From Kofleriaceae bacterium (lineage in GTDB: Bacteria; Myxococcota_A; Polyangia; Haliangiales; Haliangiaceae): a DNA stretch of 64,000 nt. A program made the position numbers and the translations under genes. This document shows positions 19,601-31,598 of the stretch, piece after piece. Each line of letters begins with the position of its first letter. Position 1 is the stretch's first letter. The DNA lies in the NCBI GenBank assembly GCA_965215005.1, contig CBDCCZ010000014.1:96001-160000 (forward strand), written 5' to 3'. The notes below the pieces were generated by a model. That model saw nothing but the letters and a program-made list of their open reading frames with translations. It was not told where the DNA came from and made no database searches.

Positions 19601-21046
19601 TTACTCGGCGCGCTCGCGGCACGCGTACTCGCAGTGCTTCTTGTGCGCGCAATCGTAGCTGCAGCCGGCTGCGAGCGCAAAGCCTACCAACACGTCGTGG
19701 GGCGGCGATGCAGCGCCTGCCGCCCGACGTGCGGCGGCTGCCGCCGGTAACAACGCGCGGGCATCGTGAGCATATGGCGTGGTGAGGTAGCCGAGGCGAA
19801 ACAGGGTGTCGCGCACGGTGCGGTCGGGCAAGGCGATGAAGTCGCCGAGGTTGTCGAAGCGGACCGCTCCCAGCGACGCGAGCGCGCCCAAGATCCAGAA
19901 CAGCTCGATCTTGAAGAGGCCACGGCCGAGGGCGCCGTCGAGCACGTCGAAGGCGGCATCGGCCGAGCTCTGCCGCTCGAGCGTCGCCGCGAGCTGGGGC
20001 GCTTCGGCGCACCGCCGGGCGACCAGGGAGGCCAGCATCAACGCTTGCGCATCGACCCGCTCGGGCAACGTCTCCGGCGCCGTGCCGTAGTACAGATCGG
20101 TGAGGATGCCGGCCTCCTGCAGGGCTGCGAACGCAGCGCTCGCCCGCTGGCGGTCTTGACCCAAGCGAAACGCCAGCGCTGCCGCCACCGCTACCCGGTA
20201 CAGCGTCTCCTCCGCCTGCTCCATCCATTGCTCGCGATCGATGCCGAAGTCGCCGAGCACCGGTCCCGCCACCGGCTCGCGCTGCTCGGCCCACCAGCCC
20301 TGTAGCCGAGCCGTGGTCTCCGCGAGCACCTCTGCGGAAAACGCATCGCAGCCGGCGAAACGACCCACGGCAACCGGCCGCTCACGTCCACGCGGACAGC
20401 TCAGCTGCGCGGACGGCGCCGACGGCGCAGGAGCCGCGGCAACGGGAGTATCGGTGGGCTCCTCGAGCCGCAGCGGCTGGCGCTCTTCGGGCTGATCCTC
20501 GTCGAGAAAGTCGTCGATATCGAGCGCAGCCGCTTTTTGGGCCAGCGCTTGCCCGCGCTCATCGAGCACGAACGCGATGCCGACCATCTTGACCAGCGCG
20601 AGCCCCTGCGCGAGGTAGAGCCAGGCAATCACCGCGGGACGGGTCGGTCGCGCACCGCGAAATCCCGGTCCATCGATGTATTTGAACAACTCGTCGCGGA
20701 CGTGAGGACGCTCGCTGCAGCAATCAAGGACAGCTTTGCACACCAGTGGATGCAGCTGCCAAAGACGCTCCGCGAGCACCTCCTTGGCTGCCTCGTCATC
20801 CGCGGCGTCGGCAACCCGGCGCATGACCGCCGACGGCACCACGAGGTCACTGGCGCTCAACGCCAGGAAATTCAGCAGCGCATCGACGTGGTCGCGATCC
20901 CACAGGCCTTTGTCTTTGAGGCGATGGCGAAAGCTCTTCATGCGCTCGCCCTCGGCAGGCACCTCGCGACACAGCGCGATCAGAAGAGCGACAGCGCGCG
21001 AGGCACCACCCGAAGGGAGCTGGGGATATTCCGTTACCTGAGGCAT
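19601..21046 (-). CDS. Hypothetical protein with C-terminal 4-Cys cluster
   Basis: 481-aa ORF; ALPDRTVRDTLFRLGYL and terminal CSYDCAHKKHCEYAC. Confidence 0.7.
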   Translation of the reverse strand: MPQVTEYPQLPSGGASRAVALLIALCREVPAEGERMKSFRHRLKDKGLWDRDHVDALLNFLALSASDLVVPSAVMRRVADAADDEAAKEVLAERLWQLHPLVCKAVLDCCSERPHVRDELFKYIDGPGFRGARPTRPAVIAWLYLAQGLALVKMVGIAFVLDERGQALAQKAAALDIDDFLDEDQPEERQPLRLEEPTDTPVAAAPAPSAPSAQLSCPRGRERPVAVGRFAGCDAFSAEVLAETTARLQGWWAEQREPVAGPVLGDFGIDREQWMEQAEETLYRVAVAAALAFRLGQDRQRASAAFAALQEAGILTDLYYGTAPETLPERVDAQALMLASLVARRCAEAPQLAATLERQSSADAAFDVLDGALGRGLFKIELFWILGALASLGAVRFDNLGDFIALPDRTVRDTLFRLGYLTTPYAHDARALLPAAAAARRAAGAASPPHDVLVGFALAAGCSYDCAHKKHCEYACRERAE

Positions 21047-21128
21047 GAGCGCGCCGGCATTGTTTCATAGCCGAGCCGGCGGTGCCGAGGCGCAGCCGAG
21101 CTGATTCCGCTATGCTCAACTGCACACC

Positions 21129-21803
21129 GTGAGACGTTCTTCTTCAAAGCCAGTGCGCCCGCTTCTTCTCGCGTTTTTTCTGGCCGCTTCCTGCGGCGCC
21201 ACCGCGCAGCCGCCGCGGGGGCCCGCCTACGATCCGGTCAACTCACCCGAAGCGCCCACCGCTTGCCCCGAGGAGCGCAAGCAGGCGCAAGCCGCGCGCG
21301 AAGAGCTGCTCGAAGGCGAGCGCCTCGAGCAACGCGCGCCCACCGCCGAGGCGGTTCTCAAACAGGCCGACTGCGAGCGTCAAACGTTCGCCGAGATTCC
21401 CCTCGAGGCGCCGACCCAGGAGCTCATGCTGCAGCGGCTGCGCGAGGCGCGCGACGTGTATCAGAGCGTGACCAACCTCTATGAAGAGGTGGTCCGTTAC
21501 GACACCGAATTGGCCGGTCCCGCGGGGGCGCGCCTTGGCGACACCCACGCGGCCTTCGCCGCCAAAGTGCGGCAAGCGCCGCCGCCGTCCGAGCTCACCG
21601 ATCCGGCGGCGCGCGCCGACTTCGTGACCGAGTTGATGCAGCTGGCTGCGGAGCTCGACGATCGCGCCGTTATGGCCTACGCCGCGGCGCTCGATCACGC
21701 CCCGCGCATCGCTCCCAAACCAGCGTGGGTGAGCACCACGTGCGAGCAGTTGCGCGCGCTCGACAGCGCGATGTTCACCGCCACTGCCGCGTGCAATCGC
21801 TAA
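21129..21803 (+). CDS. Hypothetical lipoprotein, helical/TPR-like
   Basis: Lipobox LAASC; all-alpha composition. Confidence 0.7.
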   Translation: MRRSSSKPVRPLLLAFFLAASCGATAQPPRGPAYDPVNSPEAPTACPEERKQAQAAREELLEGERLEQRAPTAEAVLKQADCERQTFAEIPLEAPTQELMLQRLREARDVYQSVTNLYEEVVRYDTELAGPAGARLGDTHAAFAAKVRQAPPPSELTDPAARADFVTELMQLAAELDDRAVMAYAAALDHAPRIAPKPAWVSTTCEQLRALDSAMFTATAACNR

Positions 21804-21809
21804 CGCCGA

Positions 21810-23186
21810 TTACGGCGCTGGCGCGAGCACCGCGCAAACGGCCTCTGGCGCGGTCATGCCGTGCTTGCGCAAATACGCTTCGCTCGAGGTGATGAGCCCC
21901 TGCCCCGCCGCGCCACCAACCAGCTGACCGCGGCGCCGCCGCACCACCACCTCGTGCAAATGCATGCCCAGCTCCACCAGCTCCGCCTCCGCGGTGCTCA
22001 TGAGACGTAGCGCGCCACGCTCCTGGCCTCGCACCCGCAACAGTGCCGACTCGAGAAGAGTCGCGAGCGCCGCCGGCCACGGCAACTCAAGCGCCCGCAG
22101 CTGCCGCGCAACGCGACCAGCAAGCGCAAAGCCCTCACTCCATCCCGCAAGGCCTGCCGCCAGCGCCGCGCGGGCGCGCAGGTCGAGCGCTTCCACCGTA
22201 AATGCCGGCGCTCGCACCACCCCGGCGCGCCGCAGCTCGGGCCACGCTCGCTCGACCAGCTGGGAGGCGCCGCGGCCATCGCCGGCGTAGAGCCGCCCGA
22301 GAGCGCGCGCGTTGACCACGGCGTATCGCAGCCACGCCGCTCCCTCTTCGCGCGCGGCGAGTCGGTCGGCCTCGGCGACGATGTCATCGAGGATCGCGGC
22401 ATGGCCGGTGGCCAGCAGCGCAAGCGCCGCCGGGCCGGTGCCCAGGGTGACCACGTTGAGTCGGTCCTCGCGAGCACGCGCGTCGTCGACGAGCGCCATC
22501 GCCAGCCGCCGAGCGTCGCGCACCTCGCCGAGATAGAGCGAGGCTTCGGTGTCGAGCAGCGCCGCGGCAAACCGCTCGGCCGCCGCGTCGTCGCCGTGGC
22601 AGCGAGCCACCAGAGGTCGCGCCAACTCGCGCGCCGACTGCCACTCGCCGCGCTCGCGCGCCAAGGTTGCAACAGCGAGATCGACGTGGGCGCTGGAGCG
22701 CTCATCGCGGGCCAATGCGCGGGCCTCGGTGAGCAGCGCCTTGGCGCGCCGGCTGGCGGGGCGCAGGGAGGTGGCGTGTACGGCGCCGGCATAGGCCAAA
22801 CTTCGAGCCACGTGATCGGCGGCGCGCGCATCGAGCGCGAGCGCCAAGTGGCGAGCATGGACATCGCGCGCGGCCGCCGGATCGACGCGCACCAGCACCA
22901 GAGCAGCGCCCGAGAGGAGCTCGAGCACATCGGCGGCCTCGACCTCGGGGCGGGCTTTCTCGTCGATCGCCGCGCGAATCCGGCGGCGTCGCAGGTCTTT
23001 CCGCTGGGTGCCGTTTAGACTGGCGCGACGGGTGGCGGTGCTGCCGGTGGCGGCGAGCTCACGAGCCAGAATCGCGGCCAGCTCGCGGACCTCCGGCAGC
23101 GCCAGAGACAGCTCGCCACGAGCGAGACAGCGCCAGGTTCGCTCGCAGCGCTGCCGGCGACTGGGTCGAGGGGAAGAGTCGCTCAC
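21810..23186 (-). CDS. Hypothetical helical-repeat protein resembling the C-terminal module of the kinase-AAA proteins
   Basis: C-terminus RRRGQLVGGAAGQGLI...YLRKHGMTAP parallels RLGELLGGDEGAELI...WAQQEGVRAP of 31591-35493. Start (GTG 23186) uncertain. Confidence 0.65.
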   Translation of the reverse strand: MSDSSPRPSRRQRCERTWRCLARGELSLALPEVRELAAILARELAATGSTATRRASLNGTQRKDLRRRRIRAAIDEKARPEVEAADVLELLSGAALVLVRVDPAAARDVHARHLALALDARAADHVARSLAYAGAVHATSLRPASRRAKALLTEARALARDERSSAHVDLAVATLARERGEWQSARELARPLVARCHGDDAAAERFAAALLDTEASLYLGEVRDARRLAMALVDDARAREDRLNVVTLGTGPAALALLATGHAAILDDIVAEADRLAAREEGAAWLRYAVVNARALGRLYAGDGRGASQLVERAWPELRRAGVVRAPAFTVEALDLRARAALAAGLAGWSEGFALAGRVARQLRALELPWPAALATLLESALLRVRGQERGALRLMSTAEAELVELGMHLHEVVVRRRRGQLVGGAAGQGLITSSEAYLRKHGMTAPEAVCAVLAPAP

Positions 23187-23262
23187 GCGGTCATTGGTGC
23201 GATGCCGGTTGCCGCGCTGTGGCCATGCTGCGCCCGCTCTTGCATCGCCAACGTCTCTCCGT

Positions 23263-23871
23263 TCACGGCGAGGGCAGCTTCTTCTTGATGCTCTCGATGA
23301 CCTCGGTGTAGCTCGTGGACTTGACCACCTCGGAGAGCTCTTCGGTGTAGCGCGTGACGAGATCGGTGCGCCGCCGCTCGATGGCGTCTTCGCGAGCCTT
23401 GTAGAGGGTGATGAAGGCGCGCTCGGCGTTGACGAAGTACTCGACCACTGCGAGCACCGCACAGGCGGTGGAAGAGACGATCGATCGCGATTGGTCGGCG
23501 AACGAGAAGTGCTTGCCTTCGGAGTTCTTGACCTCGATGGTCACGGTACCGAGCGCGTCGACACCGCTTTGGCCTTTCTTGGTGTCGAGCTGTCCGCGCA
23601 CCGCAAACGACAGCAGCTGGATCGTCTTGAGAGACGGATACTCTTGCCCATAGCGGCTCAGAAGGCCGGAGTGCAGCGCATCGACCAGGCCGCACCCTTG
23701 CCCTTCCACGGTGACGTCGTGACCATCGGCTTCGCCGGCCAAGAGCGAGATTTTGCTGGTATGCGACGCTTGATCTTCCTCGACGACCAACCGCTTGAGC
23801 GATAGCTCGAGGTAATCGCCGCCGAGCACCCGGCGAATGAGCTCGATGTTGTCTTGAGGGCGTCTAGTCAC
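23263..23871 (-). CDS. Stand-alone LeuA (2-isopropylmalate synthase) allosteric-domain-like protein
   Basis: VEGQGCGLVDAL...LLSFAV...DALGTVTIEV...SRSIVSSTACAVL follows the GxGPVDA...DIVxAS pattern; no catalytic TIM barrel. Confidence 0.6.
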   Translation of the reverse strand: MTRRPQDNIELIRRVLGGDYLELSLKRLVVEEDQASHTSKISLLAGEADGHDVTVEGQGCGLVDALHSGLLSRYGQEYPSLKTIQLLSFAVRGQLDTKKGQSGVDALGTVTIEVKNSEGKHFSFADQSRSIVSSTACAVLAVVEYFVNAERAFITLYKAREDAIERRRTDLVTRYTEELSEVVKSTSYTEVIESIKKKLPSP

Positions 23872-24030
23872 GTTAAACACTATACCGCAGCGTCTTCTAC
23901 CGCGCCCCGCAACCTCACGCTCATGGCACCACTGCATCACGAGCAACGCGGCGCAGAGTCAACATCGCTGTGCTTGCAAAGCGCCTGCGGCAGGTACTTC
24001 CTCGCGTAGCGACTGGTACGATACTCGCTC

Positions 24031-25121
24031 ATGTCGACGCACGCCCCCGTCGCTGCGCTGTTGTCGCAGCTCATCGCTCATCGCACCGACAACCCCGGCA
24101 GCGGTGAGCTACCCCTGTGTCAGCACCTGGCGCGAGAGCTCGACGCTCGTGGCGCCGACCGCGTCGAGGTCACCGAGGTCCCACGAGAAAACGCCACAGG
24201 TGCGTACGTGCTCGCGTGCTACGGCACCCCGCGCACCTTTGGTCAACGTGCACATCGATACCGTTCCCGCCAACACCGGTTGGAGCCGTGACCCATGGAC
24301 CGCAGAGCTCGACAGCGAGCGCGTCTGGGGGCTTGGTAGCGCCGACACCAAAGGCGCCGCGGCGGCAGTGTTGGTGGCGCTCGAGCGCACCCGTCCCCGC
24401 GACGTGGGAATCCTGTTTTCTGGCGACGAAGAGCGCTCCGGCAGCTGCGTGCGCGCCTTCATCGAAGCCGGTCACGCGCGCGGCATCGAGCGCGCGATCA
24501 TCTGCGAGCCCACCAGGCGCACCGCGGGTATTGCGCATCGCGGCGTCATCGCGGCTCGCGCTTCGGTTCGCGGCAAAGGCGGTCACTCCTCTGCGGCCGA
24601 CCACATGCCCAAACCGATCGTCGCCATGGCGCGTGTGGCCGTCGCGCTCGATGAGCTGGCCAAGCGGCACCTGCACCGCGGACCTGTGGGCATGCAGGGT
24701 CTTTGCGTCAACGTTGCATCCATAGAGGGCGGCGTGGCGTTCAACGTCGTTCCCCGACAGCGCCAGCTTGCAATGGTCGCTGCGACCGTGGCCTGGCATC
24801 GATCGCGACGCGCTCGATCGCGAGCTGGCTGAGGCGATGGCGGCGGCCGGCACCGGCGTCCAAAGCGAGCTTCTCATCGATCATCCCGCGTTCGCCTGCC
24901 GCGATGAGAGTGGGTTTCGCCAGCTCCTTGGCGGCCACGTCGACGAGTTCGTCAAGCTCGATTTCTGGACCGAGGCCGCGGTATTTTCTGCAGCCGGTAT
25001 CGCAGCGGTGGTCGTTGGCCCCGGCGACATCGCGCAGGCTCACGCCCCCGATGAGTTCGTTACCCTGGCCGATCTCGATTGGGCGGTCGAGCTGTTCTCG
25101 CACGTCTTCGAAGTGACCTAG
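24031..25121 (+). CDS. argE: Acetylornithine deacetylase / M20 amidohydrolase (two apparent frameshifts, near 24240 and 24755)
   Basis: Three consecutive frames give NVHIDTVP, GLGSADTKG, SGDEE, ICEPT, GGHSS, FWTEAA, VGPGDIAQAHAPDE. Confidence 0.8.
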
Positions 25122-25123
25122 CG

Positions 25124-26235
25124 ATGGAGCCGAGCGAGCTGGTCCTGCGCTTCGTCGCGAGCATCGGCAGCAAAGCCGAGAGCGACTACTACTTATCGCT
25201 ATTTCGAAGAGCGCGGCCGGAGAGCTTTGCCATCATCGCGGTCTCCGAGGCGGTGGTGGCGAGCGCGCTCGAAGCACTGGTGCTCGACCTGCGATTCTTG
25301 TCGCAGCTCGGGCTCGCGCCGGTGATCGTGTTTGGCCTCGATAGCCAATCGAGAGCCGAGCGCCTGGCCTCCCAGGTGGCCGAATTTCTGGCCGACGAGC
25401 GCTTTGCAGTCATCGCCGAGGCTGCAAGCGCTGCCGACTTGGCCCGCTCCGGGACGATCGCGTTGGTTCCACTTGGTGCCTGCCAGCGGCAGCGACGAGG
25501 CGTTCCATTGCTTGGCCGCGATGGCGAGCGCGCATCAGTGCCGCAAGCTCGTGTTCCTCGAGCTCGGCAGCGGTTTGCAAGCCGCCTCTGGCGTTCCCTC
25601 CATCGTCGACCTCAGCTGCGACTACGCGGAGCTGGTGACGCAGCTGCCGGCATTGCAAGCGACTCTGCTCGACCGCACTCGCACCCTCCTCGATGGCCTC
25701 GGGCATCGCATGACCGTAGCGGTCACCTCACCGCTCGACCTCTTGCGCGAGCTATTCACGGTGCGCGGCGCCGGCACCCTCATCCGCCGCGGCCTCCACC
25801 GTCACACGCCATCACGACCTCCACACCGTCGATACCTGCCGCCTCAGCGCCTTGGTCGAGGCGGCGTTCAACCGCCCGCTCCGAGCAGCATTTTGGCAGC
25901 GCCCCTTCTCCACCTGTCTCATCGCCGATGACTATCGCGGCGCCGCGCTCCTGCAAGACACGCCGCTCGGCTGCTATCTCAGCAAATTCGCCGTCGACCA
26001 CGGCGCCCGCGGCGAGGGAATTGGCCGGGACTTGTGGCGCGCCCTCGCCGCGCCCGCCACGCCGCTGTTCTGGCGCAGTCGCGCCGAGAATCCCATCAAC
26101 GCGTGGTACGTGGAGCAATGCCACGGCATGGCCCGAGCCGACGCCTGGCAGGTGTTTTGGCGCGATCTCCCTGCCGGTCGCATCGCCGCGGTCATCGACT
26201 GGGCCGTCGCCGCCCCAGTCGACTTCGTGCGCTAG
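25124..26235 (+). CDS. N-acetylglutamate synthase/kinase-like protein, AAK + DUF619-type NAT domain (frameshifts near 25480 and 25795)
   Basis: IGSKAESDYYLSLF, VTSPLDLLRELFTVRGAGTLIRRG, YLSKFAVDHGARGEGIGRDLW, LFWRSRAENPINAWY across three frames. Confidence 0.75.
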
Positions 26236-26257
26236 GCAAACCGATCGCGAAGCGAGC

Positions 26258-27550
<1,293 letters not shown>

Positions 27551-30500
27551 TCAAGGAAGCGCTGGCAACATCCAAGCGGCAAAGCGCGTCGGATTGCGAA
27601 CTTGTTCGCGATGCGCCCAGGCGTGGTACGCAGCGGAGTGCTCTGCACCGGCGTCGCCTCCGACGAGCTGCCCCAAACGAGCGCGCATGGGCATCGAGTA
27701 GAAGTTGGCGCCAGCGACGTCGAACCGCGCTACGGCGTCGCCAAGCAGAGATACGGCGCTCTGCTGCTGCCCGCGCAGCGCGGCGACCATGGCGCGAATC
27801 GCACGCGCGTGAGCGAGCGCGAAATACGGCAACTTGCGGCCATAGCGCTCCAGAGCCCGCGCCTGCCGCGCCGCCACTCGCAGCCACTTGCTGCGCTGGG
27901 CCGGATTTTCGATCGCCAGCCCCACCGCGGTGCGCCCCACCAACTGCGCGGCGAAGGCATAGGGTATCGCGCATTTGGCAAGCGAGGACCGGCGCATGCG
28001 CCGCCAAAACGGCTCGAGCAGCGCCCAGGCGTCGCGCAGCCGACCATCATAGCGCGCTACGTCCGCATGCACGACGTGCCAGTAGAACTGTGCCATTGTG
28101 GGCCGACCGGCCACCGGGGGCCCGGCGGCGTCGAGGTTTCGCGCTGCCTCCGCAGGCGCATCGGCAGCCAGCCAGATATACACGCCGCCCTGCGCGCGCA
28201 GGCTGTTGAGCAGATAGATGTTGCCGCTCTCTTGCGCGCGGCGCAGGAGCGCCGGCAGCCGCGCGCTCACCAGCGCGAGCTCGCCGGCGTGCGTCCAGGT
28301 GTTGACCAACCCCAGGCGCAGCTGATCCGTGTCGTAAGCAAACCGCAACTCCGACTCTGCGGCCGGAATGTTGTCTTCCATCAGCGCGGCACCCTCAGAT
28401 AGCTGCTGATAATGGAGAATGCTCGTATAGCCGCGCCAGCCGTCGACGATGGCGCGATAGCTCGCAGGTGCGTGCTCCACGGCTAATTGCCGCGCGCGCG
28501 CGAGCAGTGCATCGCAGGCGGACGCGCCCGGTACGCCGCGCATCGCGGCCGAGAACACCGCTTCGTAAGTCATCGCCATCGCGGCACGCTGCGGCTCGCC
28601 CGCTCGGAGCGCCGCGGGAAGCGCCCGACTGTGCATCGCGAAGCCGAGCAAGGTATCGTTGAAGCCAAGCCCTAAGGCGGTCTCCATGGCCAGATCGAGA
28701 CGGCGAAGCTCGTGCGCTGGACAGTCGTGTCGGAGCCGGATTTCCGGCCCGATGACCTGGCGGCCAGCGAGCAGGAGTCGGCTGAAGAGGATCGCGACCA
28801 CGGCACCTATCGTCGAGCGCGGCAGAGAAGAACCAGTGGCCTTGAGAGCGGCGTCGGCGTGAGCCATGGCTTCATCGACGCGACCGGGCACGAAGAAAAC
28901 ACACCACCGCCCGACCGCGCAGCTCGACAGCGGCGTCCACCTCGGCGCGGCTTGCCGCTGCATGAAACGCGGCGGCCGCAGCGGGCAGCTGCCCGGCTCG
29001 CTGCAACGCATCGGCGTGAGCAATCTCGAGCGCGAGACGCTCGGGATCATCGGCCGGGCTCAGCTCGACCGCCGCTGCAAACTGGGTGGCGGCGCTCGAG
29101 TACGCTTGGCTCCGCAGCGCCCGCTCGGCGGCGGCAATCGCGTATCGGCGAGCGCGCTCAGGTTCGCCAGCACCGCGCCAGTGAAACACCAACGCCTCGA
29201 GGTCGCGCTCGGGAGCCGCTTCGAAGGCCCGAGCCAACCGGCGGTGCAGCTTGCGGCGCGCGGTGGCCTCCATACCGGCCGCAATGGTCTCGCGGATGCG
29301 ATCGTGGTAGGTGGTTAGCCGCTCGCCATCGCGACTCTGCTCGACCCGCGAAAATCGCTCGACACGCAGCTGTGCCAGCGTTTGCGCAACATCGCGCACC
29401 CGCGCCGCACGCACCAGAACGTCGATGGGCTGCGGCCGAGTCGCCAGCGCAGCAGCCGCCAAAAGGCGCTTGGCGGGACCAGGCAGGATGCCGATTCGAC
29501 GCGCCAGCAGCGCATCCAGCCCTTGCAGCTCGGTAAGCGAGCCGCGCGCGAAGGCAAGCTCGGTGGCGAAAAACGGATTTCCTTCCGACTCCTGCGCCAG
29601 CCGCCGCACCAGCGCAGCGCCGGGATCCTCACCGGTTATGGCCGCGACGAGTCCTTCGACCTCGCGCTGCGGCAGTGGCAATAGCGAGAGCATTCGCACG
29701 TCGGTGGTGGCGCCGGCCGCGCCGAGCTGGGTATTGAGCGCGGCAATGAGAGCCGGCTCGGCAGCGCCGTCATTGCGAAAGGTGCCCAGCAGCAAGATTC
29801 CGGGCGTTTCGGCGGCCTGAGCCAGCTCGACGAGCAAGAACGCGCTGTCGGCATCTCCCCACTGCAGATCATCAATGCTCACGATCACCGGCCTGCGCTG
29901 CGCGAGCCGCGCCAGCAGCGTCCGCAGCGCCACGGCCGCGCGACGTCGAATCAAAGCGACAGAAGCGGCGAGTCCGCCGCCGCGGGATTGATGACGCAGA
30001 AATCCGCCGCCCCGATGCGGGGCAAGGGCGGCAGATTTCTGCTGCTCACGTGCCCCCTTCGGCGTCTCCCCAAGCGATTGTTGCTTTGCTAGTGGTTCAC
30101 GACTCACGCCGTGAACCACTGGCTCGTTGCCAGCAAGACGCTCGGCAACCGCGGCCGCGCGCCGCAGCGTCGGAAACAAGTGCGCGAGCGCGTCGATCTC
30201 GTCGGGAACCACCGCCCGCGCCAACTCCGGCTGATTGCGCAAGTAGCCAGCGATCGCATCGATCACGGCGTCGAGCGCTTTGAACGGCACCGACTCGCCT
30301 TCGTAGCAACGCCCGCCAAACACCACCGCGTCGCTGCCGACGAGCAGCTCCGCGGTCGCGCGCGCCGCCAGCGCGGTCTTGCCCGTACCCGACGGACCAC
30401 CAACCAACAGTGTCACGGTGCTGCCGCGGCGAGCGTCGGCATACGCTGCATTCAGACGCTCGAGCTCCTTGGCGCGGCCGACGAACGGTGCTTCGATGGT

Positions 30501-31598
30501 TGCGGCGAGCGGCGGCGCGGCGCCTGAAGTCGACAGTGCCTCGCGCAGCGCTATCGCCGTTGGCCGGCGCTCAGGACCAGGTTCGAGCAGCGCCATGCAC
30601 AGAGCATCGAGCTCGCTCGGAATGCTCGCATCGATCGCCCTGGGAGCGGCGATCGATGCGCTGCCCTTGCACGCGAATAGCTCGCGGACCGAAGGTGCCT
30701 CCAGCGGCAATCGTCCGGTGAGAGCCTCGTAGAGCATCACACCCACGGAATACCAATCGCTGGCCGCTGTGAGCGTGCCCATGCCAGCCGACTGCTCGGG
30801 CGAGGCGTACGCAGGCGTGCCGAGAAACTGCCCCTCATCCGCTTGGAACGGCGAGATGAGCCCAAAGTCGCAAATCACCACCCGCCCCGATCGATCGACG
30901 AGCACGTTCGAGGGCTTGAGGTCGCGGTGCACCATGCCGCGCTCGTGCAGCGCCGCAACGCCATCGATCAACTGCGACAGCGCGCCGCGCAGCCGCTCAT
31001 GATTGAGCGTGGCACTCTCGATGAAACGCCGCCGCTGGCTACCACCGCCTCGTTGCAGGCTGTCGACCTCAACCGTTGCGAGCGTGGTCGTGGGGGCGGC
31101 AGTGATTTCCGCGCTGCGAGCGCTACCCCTTGCGTAGTTTTCGCTGGGATTACATGGCGAGCGCGAAGCCGAGCTCGCCACCTCGAGGTCAGCTCCCTCT
31201 GCCGCCATGAGATGCCGATGCGGCCGCACGTAGTCGAGAAATGTCCGCGCGTCTGCCACCAGCTCCATCGCCACGCACCACTCTCCGGCGTCAGCGTGCA
31301 GCTCGTAGAGCGTCGCGAGATTGGGGTGAACCAGATCGGCGAGGGCGCGAAATTCTTGTTTGAAACGATACAAGGAGTCCGGGCGCATCGCCGTGAGCAA
31401 CTTGAGAGCAACCTCGTGGCCGCGTACCGGATCGAAGACGCGATAAACCCGCCCCATCGCTCCCTGCCCCAAGCGCTCTCGCACCGCGAAGCGCCCAAGA
31501 GACCATTGCTCGCCGCTAGCTACAGGAGCTCGAGCGATTGCCGCCGTCGCATTGAGCAGCTCCGGTCGAGTCTTTGATTCCGCGATTACGTCATTCAT
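27551..31598 (-). CDS. Ser/Thr kinase - AAA (STAND-like) ATPase - TPR protein, paralog 1 (frameshift near 28895)
   Basis: HRDLKPSN, DFG, PFVGRAKEL, Walker A GPSGTGKT, IDDLQWGD; ORFs 28872-31598 and 27551-29050 together are collinear with the intact paralog. Confidence 0.85.
29973..30122. repeat. 150-bp palindromic element inserted in frame in kinase paralog 1
   Basis: 50 extra residues absent from paralog 2; hairpins GCAGAAATC(29996)...GATTTCTGC(30042) and AGTGGTTCACG(30091)...CGTGAACCACT(30120). Confidence 0.7.
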
